A stretch of 23,942 bases of DNA from Octopus sinensis (lineage: Eukaryota): assembly GCF_006345805.1 (NCBI RefSeq), contig NW_021836481.1:1-23942 (forward strand). Direction: 5' to 3'. The notes below the pieces were generated by a model. The model saw nothing but the letters and a program-made list of their open reading frames with translations. It was not told the origin of the DNA and made no database searches. Below, in pieces: positions 1-10,025 of the stretch (position 1 is its first letter; every line of letters starts with the position of its first letter). A program made the position numbers and the translations under genes.

Positions 1-143
1 CGTGGACGCTCAGGAAGGAAGGAAGAAGGAGGGTTTACGTTTCGAGCGGAGACTCTTCGTCGGAAACATAGGAGAAGGAAAGATCCAGAGAAAGGAAGAC
101 AGTGGAAAAAAAATCGCCAACGGTACACACGCGGTCACATTTT
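1..143 (-). mobile_element. Penelope-like (PLE) terminal-repeat fragment carrying a degenerate hammerhead motif; runs off the window edge
   Basis: The minus strand aligns with 1885-1936 (gtcttcc..tggatctttccttc ... ttcctgagcgtcca) and contains a CYGANGA...GAAAC motif. The PLE call is inferred from the known association of minimal type I hammerheads with PLE pseudo-LTRs. Confidence 0.55.
33..67 (-). ncRNA. Degenerate minimal type I hammerhead ribozyme motif
   Basis: Minus strand reads GTTT-CCGACGA-A-GAG(TCTCCG)CTC-GAAA-C-G-TA-AAC. It has core variant U4C, an extra A after A9, a 3-bp stem II, a loopless palindromic stem III (ACGT) and a very short bulged stem I. Confidence 0.45.
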
Positions 144-180
144 GAATGTATGTATATATACAGAGAGAGAGAAGAGAGAA

Positions 181-213
<33 letters not shown>

Positions 214-419
214 AAAAGAGAGAGAGAGAGAAAGAGAAATCTATCAATCTACAGATTGATAAATATCGAAAATGGTGATAGATAAGGAGGTAGGTCGGTA
301 GGAAGGTAGGTAGGTAGATAGATAGATAAAATAGATATGTCAAGATACAGAGAGGGAGGGAGGCAGAAGATTGTTTGGTTGAAATATACATAACGAGGTA
401 TATAAATAAGATAGGTTAA

Positions 420-460
<41 letters not shown>

Positions 461-553
461 GTGCGCACCCGTGTTTGTTGATAGATAAATGGATAGGGAG
501 GTATGCCGATATAGAGGTATACAAATAAATAAATAAATGGATAGAAGCTTAGA

Positions 554-1016
554 TTTCTTTATTAGCCAAGTTGGGCCGAACAAAGAGGGGACAATACAAT
601 GTAGAATTTTTGTTTTCGAAAACGATTAAAAGGGATTGAAATCGTTTTGGGACGTGTACACAAGGAAATAACAAAAGTGGCGTTTTTAACACAGAGTTTT
701 CAAAAGAGGGAGTAAATGTAACATTGACTAGGTTTATCCGCGGAAGGAAAATACTACGAAAAACAACCACGGTAACCTCCGAAATGAAAAAGGCAATAAC
801 GAGAGCAAAGCACTCTTTCTCTCCTTGTTTAATAGGATCATGCTCAAGGTGGTTCCGTCGTTCATGTGTACCATCCTTGCCATATTCACCTGCCTTTTGT
901 AAACCTTTTCTCTGGACAAAACTTCCCTCTCTATTCTCACCTTCCTTTTCAAGTAATTCTTGAAAATGTTGAGAGGTGGGCCAGAGAGGAAAGTGTTTGT
1001 CTCTAAACTTTTCAAT
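554..1016 (-). mobile_element. 5'-truncated L1/Tx1-type non-LTR retrotransposon 3' end (ORF2 C-terminus plus 3' UTR), older copy
   Basis: Minus frame LKSLETNTFLSGPPLNIFKNYLKRKVRIEREVLSREKVYKRQVNMARM is homologous to the 21680-21964 copy. AATAAA (tttatt 558-563) lies at the 3' end, and both flanks are degenerate GATA repeats. Confidence 0.72.
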
Positions 1017-1172
1017 GAGATAGAAAGATAGATATATAGGAAGTTAGACAGATAGATATTTGGATAGGCAGGTAGATATTTGAGTGTGTTTGGTTTAGCA
1101 TGTGTCATGTGTACATATGTATGTACATAACTATCTTTTCATCGATCTAGCGCTTTGTCAATCAATCAAACA

Positions 1173-1238
<66 letters not shown>

Positions 1239-1244
1239 TATCTA

Positions 1245-1310
<66 letters not shown>

Positions 1311-1745
1311 TATAAAATATTATTTGAGACAAAACCACTATTTTGCAAAACAAACAAGGAAAGACTTAATCAATACATAAAATTAATAAATAGTCAAAAA
1401 AACCGCCTACAATCGTTTCTTGTCTTGATCGACAATCTTCAGGTGGACTTCCAATCTAAAAAATCAAAATTTTAAAATATAAAAATAATACTTTTAAATA
1501 ATTAAGTATAAATGAAAAATATAAGTATATAATCCATATATAACCTATATATAATCCATATCGAAAATATAGACTAATTACCACGAATTCCCTAAAAAAA
1601 CCATGATAAAACAAAACTCTGTCGATCAAGACAAGAAACGATTGTAGTGGCGGTTTTTTTGACTATTATTAAATTTTATGTATTGATTAAGTCTTTCCTT
1701 GTTTGTTTTGCAAAATAGTGGTTTTGTCTCAAATAATATTTTATA
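1311..1745. mobile_element. Foldback/MITE-like element with ~124-bp terminal inverted repeats
   Basis: 1311-1434 (tataaaatattatttgagac...cttgatcgaca) is the near-perfect reverse complement of 1620-1745, with only a few small indels. The AT-rich spacer is 185 bp, both ends are TATA, and the left end abuts (TA)n. Confidence 0.85.
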
Positions 1746-1829
1746 ATATTTACTATAAAATGGATTTAATCCTAAATCTGATTTTTTTCCCTGTAAATTT
1801 GGATATATCCCTAATATTTATTATTTATA

Positions 1830-1883
<54 letters not shown>

Positions 1884-1884
1884 C

Positions 1885-2002
1885 ATTGACTCCGTCTTCC
1901 ATTCCTTGGATCTTTCCTTCCTTTCCTTAGCGCCCAATAATACTATACTTGTTCCACGTCCTCGCATTGTTGTGTTTTCTCTTTGTGTTTTCATGTTTGG
2001 AT

Positions 2003-2006
<4 letters not shown>
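1885..2006 (+). mobile_element. Second copy of the 1-143 PLE-like family, with the hammerhead segment deleted, inserted in (TA)n
   Basis: It aligns to the reverse complement of 1-143 but lacks ~56 nt at the 1920/1921 junction. The tail ...catgtttggattaac runs into (TA)n, and (TA)n also precedes it. Confidence 0.7.
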
Positions 2007-2082
<76 letters not shown>

Positions 2083-2685
2083 TGATATATGCATACACAG
2101 ACCGAATTATATAGAGTGTGATAGTGAGGCAGAGATAGAGATAGAGAGAAAGAGAGAGAAAGAAAGAAGCAGATAGACAGGCAGCGTGAGAGGGAGAGAG
2201 AAAATGAAGGAAAGGTTGAGAGAGAAAGAGAAAAAGTGAGAAAGAGAGAGAGAGACACACACACACACACAGAGTCAGAAAGGCAAACGTAGAGAATGAA
2301 GATGTGTTATTTTTAAAAATGGCAGCACATCAATTCTTTTTGCAAAGTTAAACGGGAAAAGCCTTTACAATAAACGTTAGTTGATTGTTTGGAGAGACGT
2401 GACCAGTTTCATGTAATGGAAGAGTTTAAGGAATGGCAAATAGAATCGGAATTGGTGATCTCCTCTATCCGATCACGTAATCTCATTAGTGTTGACTTTG
2501 AAAACAAATCAACATTGGAAATACTAAATGAGAGAGATATGTTTACAAATACAAAACGGTTAACGTTATATTTTTATTGAAATTTATCTCGCTTGTTACC
2601 GTGGTTACGTTGTGAAAGATGGTTGTCTGCTTGGTCGAAGTGAAATCATTCTGAAATGAATAAAAATCTAATGCATATATATACA

Positions 2686-2882
2686 GGGCAAGAAGATAAT
2701 AGAATCGTTGTGGCTTCCGGCAAAATGATTACCACAATTTCTTTCGGTTCTTTGCTATCGGAACTGAGTTCGAATTTGCCTTTTATCATACAAGTGTCGA
2801 GAAAATAAGTACTAGTTGAACACTTGGTTTCAATGTAGTGAACTTCTACCTTCCATCAAAATTACGAGCCTTGTACCAATTA
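2686..2882 (+). mobile_element. Highly decayed SINE family B-related copy
   Basis: Retains agaatcgtt..ggcaaaatg, a B-box-like ctgagttcgaatt, ttgccttttatcat and gtcgagaaaataagtactagtt, collinear with 6085-6328. Confidence 0.6.
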
Positions 2883-3179
2883 TAACATTGAACTAAATAT
2901 ATATATATATTTATTTATATATATATAGTAGAAATATGTTAGGAAAAGAAAATATAAAATACACGTGGAAACGTAAGGATAAAATATGAAAATGCACATT
3001 GTAAATTGAAAAAGGCTATTTATGATAAGTAACAACAAATATGTACATTTAGATTGACTGAGGTAGTAATACGAGTCATAAAAGTCATTATTATGAGATG
3101 ATTATAAGATGATAATAAAGTAAGAGAACAAAACGAAACGAACCATGGTTTACGCAGATGCTTTCATCGTTTGAACAAC

Positions 3180-3227
<48 letters not shown>

Positions 3228-3329
3228 AGCGCCAAAGGCACCAGAATTTTGTATGGTATTATCCATATAATCCATGGGGAGATTACGATCAAAATAAGCA
3301 ACAAGTATATCCGAGGTAATGTGGACATT

Positions 3330-3901
3330 ACCTCGTCCGGATTTCAGCATCCCATTTTCCTTTCAATCTCTGTGCAAAATTAAACACTTGAAGGAATCTG
3401 GAGTAAGCATATCCAACCTGAATCTCCCTCATTCTTTGTTTCCTCTGCCTGTGTAAGTAGTGAAGTCTTCATCTTTTATTAATATTTGCATCTTTTATTA
3501 AACGGTTTGCTTTTACACTAAACAATTTACTCAAAATCTCAACTGTGTCGGTGAAATTTATACCGGACACTGTTGTGCCAATATGAATTTACTATACTTC
3601 TCATGCTCTGCTGTCGCTAGTTTTCTTAAAACTAGACGCATTTTCCTTTCGTCCGTCCAATCCTGGAATGCTTTTTCAAAAATTTGTTCAAATCTTCGAA
3701 AGTAAGCCTCTTCGGAGTTATAATTGAAATCGCTAACGGAATTTGCTAGACGGACAGGCGAAAATGTATCCAACGGTTTGGTTCTCAGCTTCTTTAGTTA
3801 TAATATCTGCTTCTGCAATCCTTGCTGTTGTTCTCGTTGTTCCTTGTGTTGCTATTGTTACTGTTTTTACAGCTCACTAACCCACTTAACGAGTCTTCCA
3901 T
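3330..3901 (-). pseudogene. Decayed gag of a Ty3/Gypsy LTR retrotransposon (K02A2.6/Mag-like), with frameshifts and stops
   Basis: ATG at 3901 downstream of the PBS. A Q-rich N-terminus is followed by SVSDFNYNSEEAYFRRFEQIFEKAFQDWTDERKMRLVLRKLATAEHEKYSKFIL, then NFTDTVEILSKLF, EDFTTYTGRGNKE, DSFKCLI and DAEIRTR in shifted frames. These match my recollection of this gag family. Confidence 0.7.
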
Positions 3902-4033
3902 ATTTTACGATTTTCGTATGTTTGCTCAAAAAGTTTGTTTAATTTTTGTCGAGCTATTTAATTTTCCAAGTGGATTAGTTTAAACACTCCGTGTAATATC
4001 TTTTTTCTTTTCACTCCGCGTAAATTTGTTTTT

Positions 4034-4044
4034 CCTCGTCACCA
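4034..4044 (-). promoter_or_regulatory. Primer-binding site of the Gypsy element
   Basis: TGGTGACGAGG on the minus strand, 1 nt after the LTR end ...TTTACAACA. Confidence 0.72.
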
Positions 4045-4045
4045 C

Positions 4046-4343
4046 TGTTGTAAAGTGATGATGTGTGATTGCCATTGTACTGTAGTTGTTGTCTTACACT
4101 AGAAGCCAGAATATTTACGAGTTATCGGATACCGTTGTATCACTTCGCATCGGAATAGAAATGCACTAACTTCTTCTGTCTTACTATCGCTGATAGTTCC
4201 ACAAGACATCGACGAGAACTGTCGACTCTCAACTCTTCGACTCTTGACCCTCTCTTGATGACCGGTTACTGGTCTATTTATAATGACTACTTCCTATCCT
4301 ACCAGTTTTTACCGGGAGGGGTATACAGTTTCCCTATACAACA
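4046..4343 (-). mobile_element. 5' LTR (298 bp) of the Ty3/Gypsy element
   Basis: Perfect terminal inverted 7-mers TGTTGTA...TACAACA and a TATAAATA box on the minus strand, immediately followed by the PBS, a leader and gag. Confidence 0.85.
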
Positions 4344-4490
4344 GATCTCTTTAAAATTTCAAAGAGCTCCATGCAGCAAAGCCTACATCCGTATCTGTTT
4401 TTAAGTACGGTTTAGCGACCCAAATGATGTCCCAAATCGAATTTAACATTGTTGTCCGTGGGTCACTAAAACTTCGGGCTATCTATGTAT

Positions 4491-4892
4491 CTCTCTTTCT
4501 CTTTTACTTGTTTCAGTCATTTGACTGCGGCCATGCTGGAGCACCGCCTTTAGTCGAGCAACTCGACCTCGGGACTTATTCTTTTGTAAGCCCAGTACTT
4601 ATTCTATCGGTCTCTTTTGCCGAACCGCTAAGTAACGGGGACATAAAAACACCAGCATCGGTTGTCAAGCAATGCTAGGGGGACAAACACAGACACACAA
4701 ACACACACACATATATATATACATATATACGACGGGCTTCTTTCAGTTTCCGTCTACCAAATCCACTCACAAGCCATTGGTTGACCCGAGGTTATAGTAG
4801 AAGACACTTGCCCAAGTTGCCACGCAGTGGCACTGAACCCGGAACCATGTGGTTGGTAAACAAGCTACTTACCACATAGCCACTCCTGCGCC
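4491..4892 (-). mobile_element. tRNA-derived SINE family A, full length
   Basis: Head GGCGCAGGAGTGGCTATGTGG with A box and B box GGTTCAGTGCC, an internal (TA)/(TG) tract and a ...AAACAAGTAAAAGAG tail. Collinear with 11332-11720. Confidence 0.9.
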
Positions 4893-5876
4893 TATCATAA
4901 TTTATAGGAAAAATAGTGGTTACGTAAGCACCCCTTGCGATTTACGGAGCAGCCGATATAAGTAGAAGTATTGGTCTCTATACTAATATGAACACAACCG
5001 GTTTATAGTTTATTTGATTTTCACAAGCTTCCAGGACAATGTATGTCAGGAATGTTAGAATGGAAAGCGCTAATGCAACTCCAGACAAAATGCACCTAAC
5101 TGCATTTCCACAGTAGAATGATATAAGATTAATGACTCTAATATGATTAATGTATTTGAAACAATTACGAAATAATAAGTGCATACATAGTAATGAACAG
5201 AAGCCCTAATCCTGCTTTTAACCTCACTCGCATTTACAAAATCAAAGGTTTTGTATTCAGCGTATCGTATAAAGTAATGCGTGTGTCAGCATTTTCCGAA
5301 TATTTCAGATTTAGTATTTAAATATAGTTCTCAGTGTCGTGTGCTTTTACGACCACTCTGTTCTTCGAATACCCCGCTGCACATACGTCAAATTTATTGC
5401 TGCCATCTAAAATCGGTTTTGATTTCTCTACAATAAACCAGTTAACGATATATATTGAATAATTCTTCCTTCTATAACGACATATGGTTAGTGATTTTCG
5501 TTGCATTCTGTATATCTGCGCTTCCGAACGAAGAGTTGAGATTGCTAAATCGATAAAAGTTTGCTTTGGCTATATTACTGTGTATCATATTATAGATTTA
5601 TTGAGCTAAACACTGTTTGGTATTCAACAGAAATATAGAGCCTATTAAATAGGGTTGTGTTGGTGCATTTACATAAACAAGGGACTTCGGTATATAAAGT
5701 AGGTTTTAAAAATATAATATTCTTCATATAAACTGTACAAATAAAGCCTATTTAAGGTTATGTGGTTTGAAGAGGTTAACATATTTATGGTTAGTACGGA
5801 CGTTTTTGCATTCTGTCTGTGAGGGCTTTTGCAATGACGAGAAAAGCCTTTAAAGGGTAGGGCGTCTGTATCATAT

Positions 5877-6083
5877 GATATACCAAAAAATTTTCTCCGA
5901 TTTTTTTTTCTCACAAGGACGGATCAATAACTATCCAACTAACATTCCATTTGTCCGGATCGGCAATAGGGATTTTGAATCTAGCTTTAAAAACTTACGT
6001 TGTAACACCTGCTTGCGGTTTTTTCTTTCAGGTCTTCTCCAGACGAATATGTCCTGTGTACATGGAGTTATACTTAGGACAGG
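5877..6083 (+). repeat. Left copy of a ~200-bp direct duplication flanking the SINE B trimer
   Basis: Matches 6697-6867 at roughly 90% by eye, apart from two deletions in the right copy. Confidence 0.9.
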
Positions 6084-6084
6084 A

Positions 6085-6696
6085 TAAGGTGGTGAGCTGG
6101 CAGAGACGTTAGCACGCTGGGCGAAATGCTTCGTGGTATTTCGTCTGACGTTACGTTCTGAGTTCAAATTCAGCCGAGGTTGGCTTTGCCTTTCATCCTT
6201 TCGGGGTCGATTAAATAAGTACTAGTTACGCACTGGGGTCGATGTAATCGACTAAATACCTATGTCTGTCCTTGTCTGTCCTCGTTTGTCCCCTCTATGT
6301 TTAGCCCCCTGTGGGTAATAAAGAAATAGGTATTTCGTCTGCCGTTACGTTCTGATTTCAAATTCCGCCGAGGTCGACTTTACCTTTCATCCTTTCGGGG
6401 TCGATTAAATAAGTACCAGTTACGCACTGGGGTCGATATAATCGACTTAATCCGTTTGTCTGTCCATTTTTGTCCCCTCTGTGTTTAGCCCCTTGTGGGT
6501 AGTAAAGAAATAGGTATTTCGTCAGCCGCTACGTTCTGAGTTCAAATTTCGCCGAGGTCGACTTCGCCTTTCATCCTTTCGGGGTCGATTAAATAAGTAC
6601 CAGTTACACACTGGGATCGATATAATCGACTTAATCCGTGGGTCTGTCCTTGTTTGTCCTCTCTGTGTTTAGCTCCTTGTGGGTAGTAAAGAAATA
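6085..6696 (+). mobile_element. SINE family B: one full copy (6085-6328) plus two tandem head-truncated units (6329-6512, 6513-6696)
   Basis: Head TAAGGTGGTGAGCTGGCAG and B box GAGTTCAAATTC. Units 2 and 3 are 184 bp each, start at GGTATTTCGTC and end AAAGAAATA. Confidence 0.92.
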
Positions 6697-6867
6697 GATA
6701 TATCAAAAAATTTTCTCCGATTTTTTTTCTCACAAAAACGGATCAACAACTATCCAACTAACATTCCATTAGTCCGGATTGGTATTAAGGATTTTGAATC
6801 TAGCTTTGCGGTTTTCCCTTCTCCAGACGTTTATGTCCTGTGTACATGGGGTTATACTTATGACAGG
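6697..6867 (+). repeat. Right copy of the direct duplication (copy of 5877-6083)
   Basis: gatatatcaaaaaattttctccga...gttatacttatgacagg; lacks the aaaaacttacgttgtaacacctgctt segment and a second ~8-nt segment. Confidence 0.9.
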
Positions 6868-8301
6868 CGGAATAGCGATTTATGAAAGAAGGGTCCTTGA
6901 GTGAAAATGGCAAACTGGACAAGTTAATTCTGAGGAACGGAGATCGAAATAGTAAGTGCCTGCGGGAACAGACTTTTTTTAGGTCGTTGTGAAAAAGCAA
7001 ATTACATTGGATAAGAGACAAGAGCGAGAGAAAGACAAAGGGAGAGATTAATAAGAAGGAGAAGGGGAGAGACAGCGAGAGAGAAAAAAGGAGAAAGAGT
7101 GAGAGTGATAGAGAGAGAAAGAGAGACCGAGAGAGAGAGAGACAGATAGACAGAATAAAGAGTAAGGGTAAAGGAAGTTGTGTTAAAACAGAGAAATATG
7201 CGGAGAAAAGGAATCAATGAGAGAAAGTGAGAGAAAGATAGGAATAGGGAAGTGTAAGCGAGAGAGAGCTACAGACAAACACACACACTCACACACATAG
7301 ACACGCGCATATACATATACGAGAGAGAAAGACGGAGGGACAGAGTGTGAGAGGAGACAGAGGTAGAATGAGAGTGAGTAAAAGAGCTGGATATAGAAAC
7401 AAAGAGAGATATATATACATATATACACACATATACACACGCATATATATATATATACATACATACATACATATACATACATATATATATATATATATAC
7501 ATACATACATATATATATACATAAACACACACATACACACATATATATATATGTAGATGTATGTATGGAGAGAGAGGGGGAGAGAAAGAATGAAAAAGAT
7601 ACAGTAAGAGGGCTAGATATTGAGGTGTAGAGAGACCGACATATATATATATATATATGTTGAGAAAGAGAGAGAGGTGGGAGAAATAGAGAAAGAGAGG
7701 GATTAAGAGAGATAAAAGGAGATAGAACAATACATGGAGGGAGAGAGATACCAAGAAATATATAAAAAGATATGCCAGCATAGAGATGCAAAGAGGCCTG
7801 AAGAGATAGAAAGAGGAAGACAGGAGAGAGAGGGGAGGAGGGAGAGAGAAAGAAATACAGAAAGAAGTGAAGAAAGAGAGAAAAGGGAACGAGAGTGAAG
7901 AGGCAGACAGAAACCGACAAAGAGTTTGCGTTTTAATGTGAAACACGAAGAGAGACAGCGAGAAAGACAGAGAGGAGGAAAGAAAGAGAGACGAAATAGA
8001 TAGAGAGATAGATAGATAGAGAGTGATATGAAGAAAAAGAGAGTGGAAGGAGACAGAGAGAGAGATATAGACAGAATGGTGAGTGAGGAGGAGAGAGAAA
8101 ATGAGAGATTATGTTTCTGTAAATATTCAATACGTTGTTATCAAATTCTAGTAAAATATACACGAAACACAAAACATATAATTTCTAGCAATGTCCAATA
8201 TGCTTCGTATGAAACATATCAATATAGTTAATTAGGTCTTTAATGAGCTATAGATACATGCCTGTACACACACAGAGACATATATGCAAATATATATATA
8301 T

Positions 8302-8338
<37 letters not shown>

Positions 8339-8339
8339 T

Positions 8340-8478
<139 letters not shown>

Positions 8479-8638
8479 TTATTGGAGGTATTTTATGCAT
8501 ACATGTATATATGCATATAGTGAAAATTTCAGAAGCTGAAGAATAATTCTTTAATGATGTAATGATTAGAAAACATGATTGATTCTTCCTCTTGTGGATT
8601 TAAAGCGATATGCAAAATTCTATATGCACACAAACACA

Positions 8639-8698
<60 letters not shown>

Positions 8699-8786
8699 TA
8701 TATATATATATGCATTAGTTATATGTTTTCATATACCTGTATATATTGTTGTATGTGTTGGTACATTAACACAAATATCTGAGTAC

Positions 8787-8847
<61 letters not shown>

Positions 8848-8959
8848 TATATATTTATAGATTTTGTATCTCTGCATATGATGTAAATATATAGGAATGG
8901 ATATAACACATGAAGATATATAAATATCTTATGCAGTCAAGGGAAAAAGAACAGGTTTC

Positions 8960-9029
8960 TCTTGCCAAGAGAGAAAGAGCCGGTTTCTAGCCTAGGCTCC
9001 TTCATTGGAAATTCAATATCAATATCAAG
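8960..9029. repeat. Unclassified short repeat F1, copy 1
   Basis: tcttgccaagagagaaagagccggtttctagcctaggctccttcattggaa..., homologous to 9422-9520, 9848-9920 and 11842-11950. Confidence 0.8.
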
Positions 9030-9046
9030 ATATGTATATGTATATG

Positions 9047-9250
9047 TTTGTGTTTGTGTGTCTGTGTTTGTTCCCCCAAAATCGCATGACAACCTATGCT
9101 GGTTTTGAACTTATCGGTTCGGCAAAAGAGGCTGATAGAATAAGTACTAGGCTTACAAAGAATAAGTCCTGGGGTCGAATTGCTCGACTAAAGGCGGTGC
9201 TCCAGCATGGCCGCAGTGAAATGCCTAAAACAAGTAAAAGAGTAAAAGAG
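9047..9250 (+). mobile_element. SINE family A, 5'-truncated with an internal deletion
   Basis: gtgtctgtgtttgttcccc...ggttcggcaaaagag..gatagaataagtact...ggcggtgctccagcatggccgcag...agtaaaagag matches the 3' half of 11332-11720. Confidence 0.88.
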
Positions 9251-9421
9251 ACACATATTATGCAGAGAACGTATGGGAGAGAGAGAGAGAGAGAGAGAGC
9301 AACGGAGGGAGAAAGAGAGAGCGATATACCTAAGAATACATATAGACACATATGTATTTTCTGTCTGTCCTTCTGTCCATTCCTTTCTTATTCCCTACAC
9401 ATTCATATATATTTATATATA

Positions 9422-9520
9422 TCATTGTTCAGGTTTATTTTAAGATTTCTTGCCAAGAGAGAAAGAGCCGGTTTCTAACCTAGGCTCCTTCGTTAGAATT
9501 TCAACATCAAAATCAAGGTA
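9422..9520. repeat. Unclassified short repeat F1, copy 2
   Basis: The 70-bp core 9448-9517 is near-identical to 8960-9029 and is followed by a degenerate (TGTA)n. Confidence 0.8.
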
Positions 9521-9579
9521 TTTTTGTTTGTATTTCTGTATGTATGTATATGTGCAGATTTTAATGTTTTGCTTCATGT

Positions 9580-9783
9580 ATGTATTCTCATGCATATATT
9601 TGCATATCTAGACATGCTCATATATACTAAAATGGTAAAATTCTGGTAAGTTTTACACTTCCAGTGATGGATTGGATCTGTAGTTTTCGAATTTGTTTTC
9701 TCCTCTCTGGTTTTGATTTGAGAAGCCTAGTTTCCCAAGATTGGCATTTAGGCAGTGTGTTACATATCTCAGGACACCAATAA
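9580..9783. repeat. Unclassified repeat F2, copy 1 (left arm of an inverted pair)
   Basis: Reverse complement of 10026-10231 (tgtattctcatgcatata..tctagacat...ctggttttg...caagattgg.atttaggcagtgtgtt...ccaat), followed by (TATG)n. Confidence 0.8.
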
Positions 9784-9847
9784 TTATGTATGCATGTATG
9801 TATGTATGTATGTATGTATGTATGTATGTATGTATGTATGTATATAT

Positions 9848-9920
9848 GTCATTATTCATTGTTATTTCAAAATTTCTTACCAATAGAGAAAGACCCGTTT
9901 TCTAACCTAGATGTGTCAAG
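9848..9920. repeat. Unclassified short repeat F1, copy 3 (partial)
   Basis: gtcattattca...tttcttaccaatagagaaagacccgttttctaacctagat, directly after (TATG)n. Confidence 0.7.
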
Positions 9921-10025
9921 ACAATTGTCGTGATTAATAATAAATTAATAAATAATAAATAATAAATTTCATTTGCTATATATATATATATATATATATA
10001 CATACATACACATACATACATACAC

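Noticed and set aside
2389-2580. 63-aa protein-like ORF (ERRDQFHVMEEFKEWQ...)
   Set aside because: No recognisable family, a non-ATG start, and no clear acceptor/donor pair.
4978-5184. ORF with a hydrophobic stretch (CILSGVALALSILTFLTYIVL) reminiscent of a GPCR TM1
   Set aside because: A single short segment with no further TM helices, no convincing splice sites, and stop-ridden neighbouring frames.
5900-6000. Minus-strand peptide KARFKIPIADPDKWNVSWIVIDP conserved in the duplicate at ~6740-6810
   Set aside because: The similarity is explained by the recent duplication, the duplicate has an in-frame stop, and no family is recognised.
6088-6180. tRNA-like heads of SINEs A and B as tRNA genes
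   Set aside because: They have A/B boxes but no cloverleaf and continue into SINE bodies present in multiple copies.
6135-6696. Regular tandem units as a CRISPR-like array
   Set aside because: The 184-bp units are whole SINE segments with no unique spacers, in a eukaryotic context.
7002-8172. 245-aa and 225-aa minus-strand ORFs
   Set aside because: They arise from AG-rich and (TA)/(TACA) low-complexity sequence that lacks stops on the pyrimidine strand.
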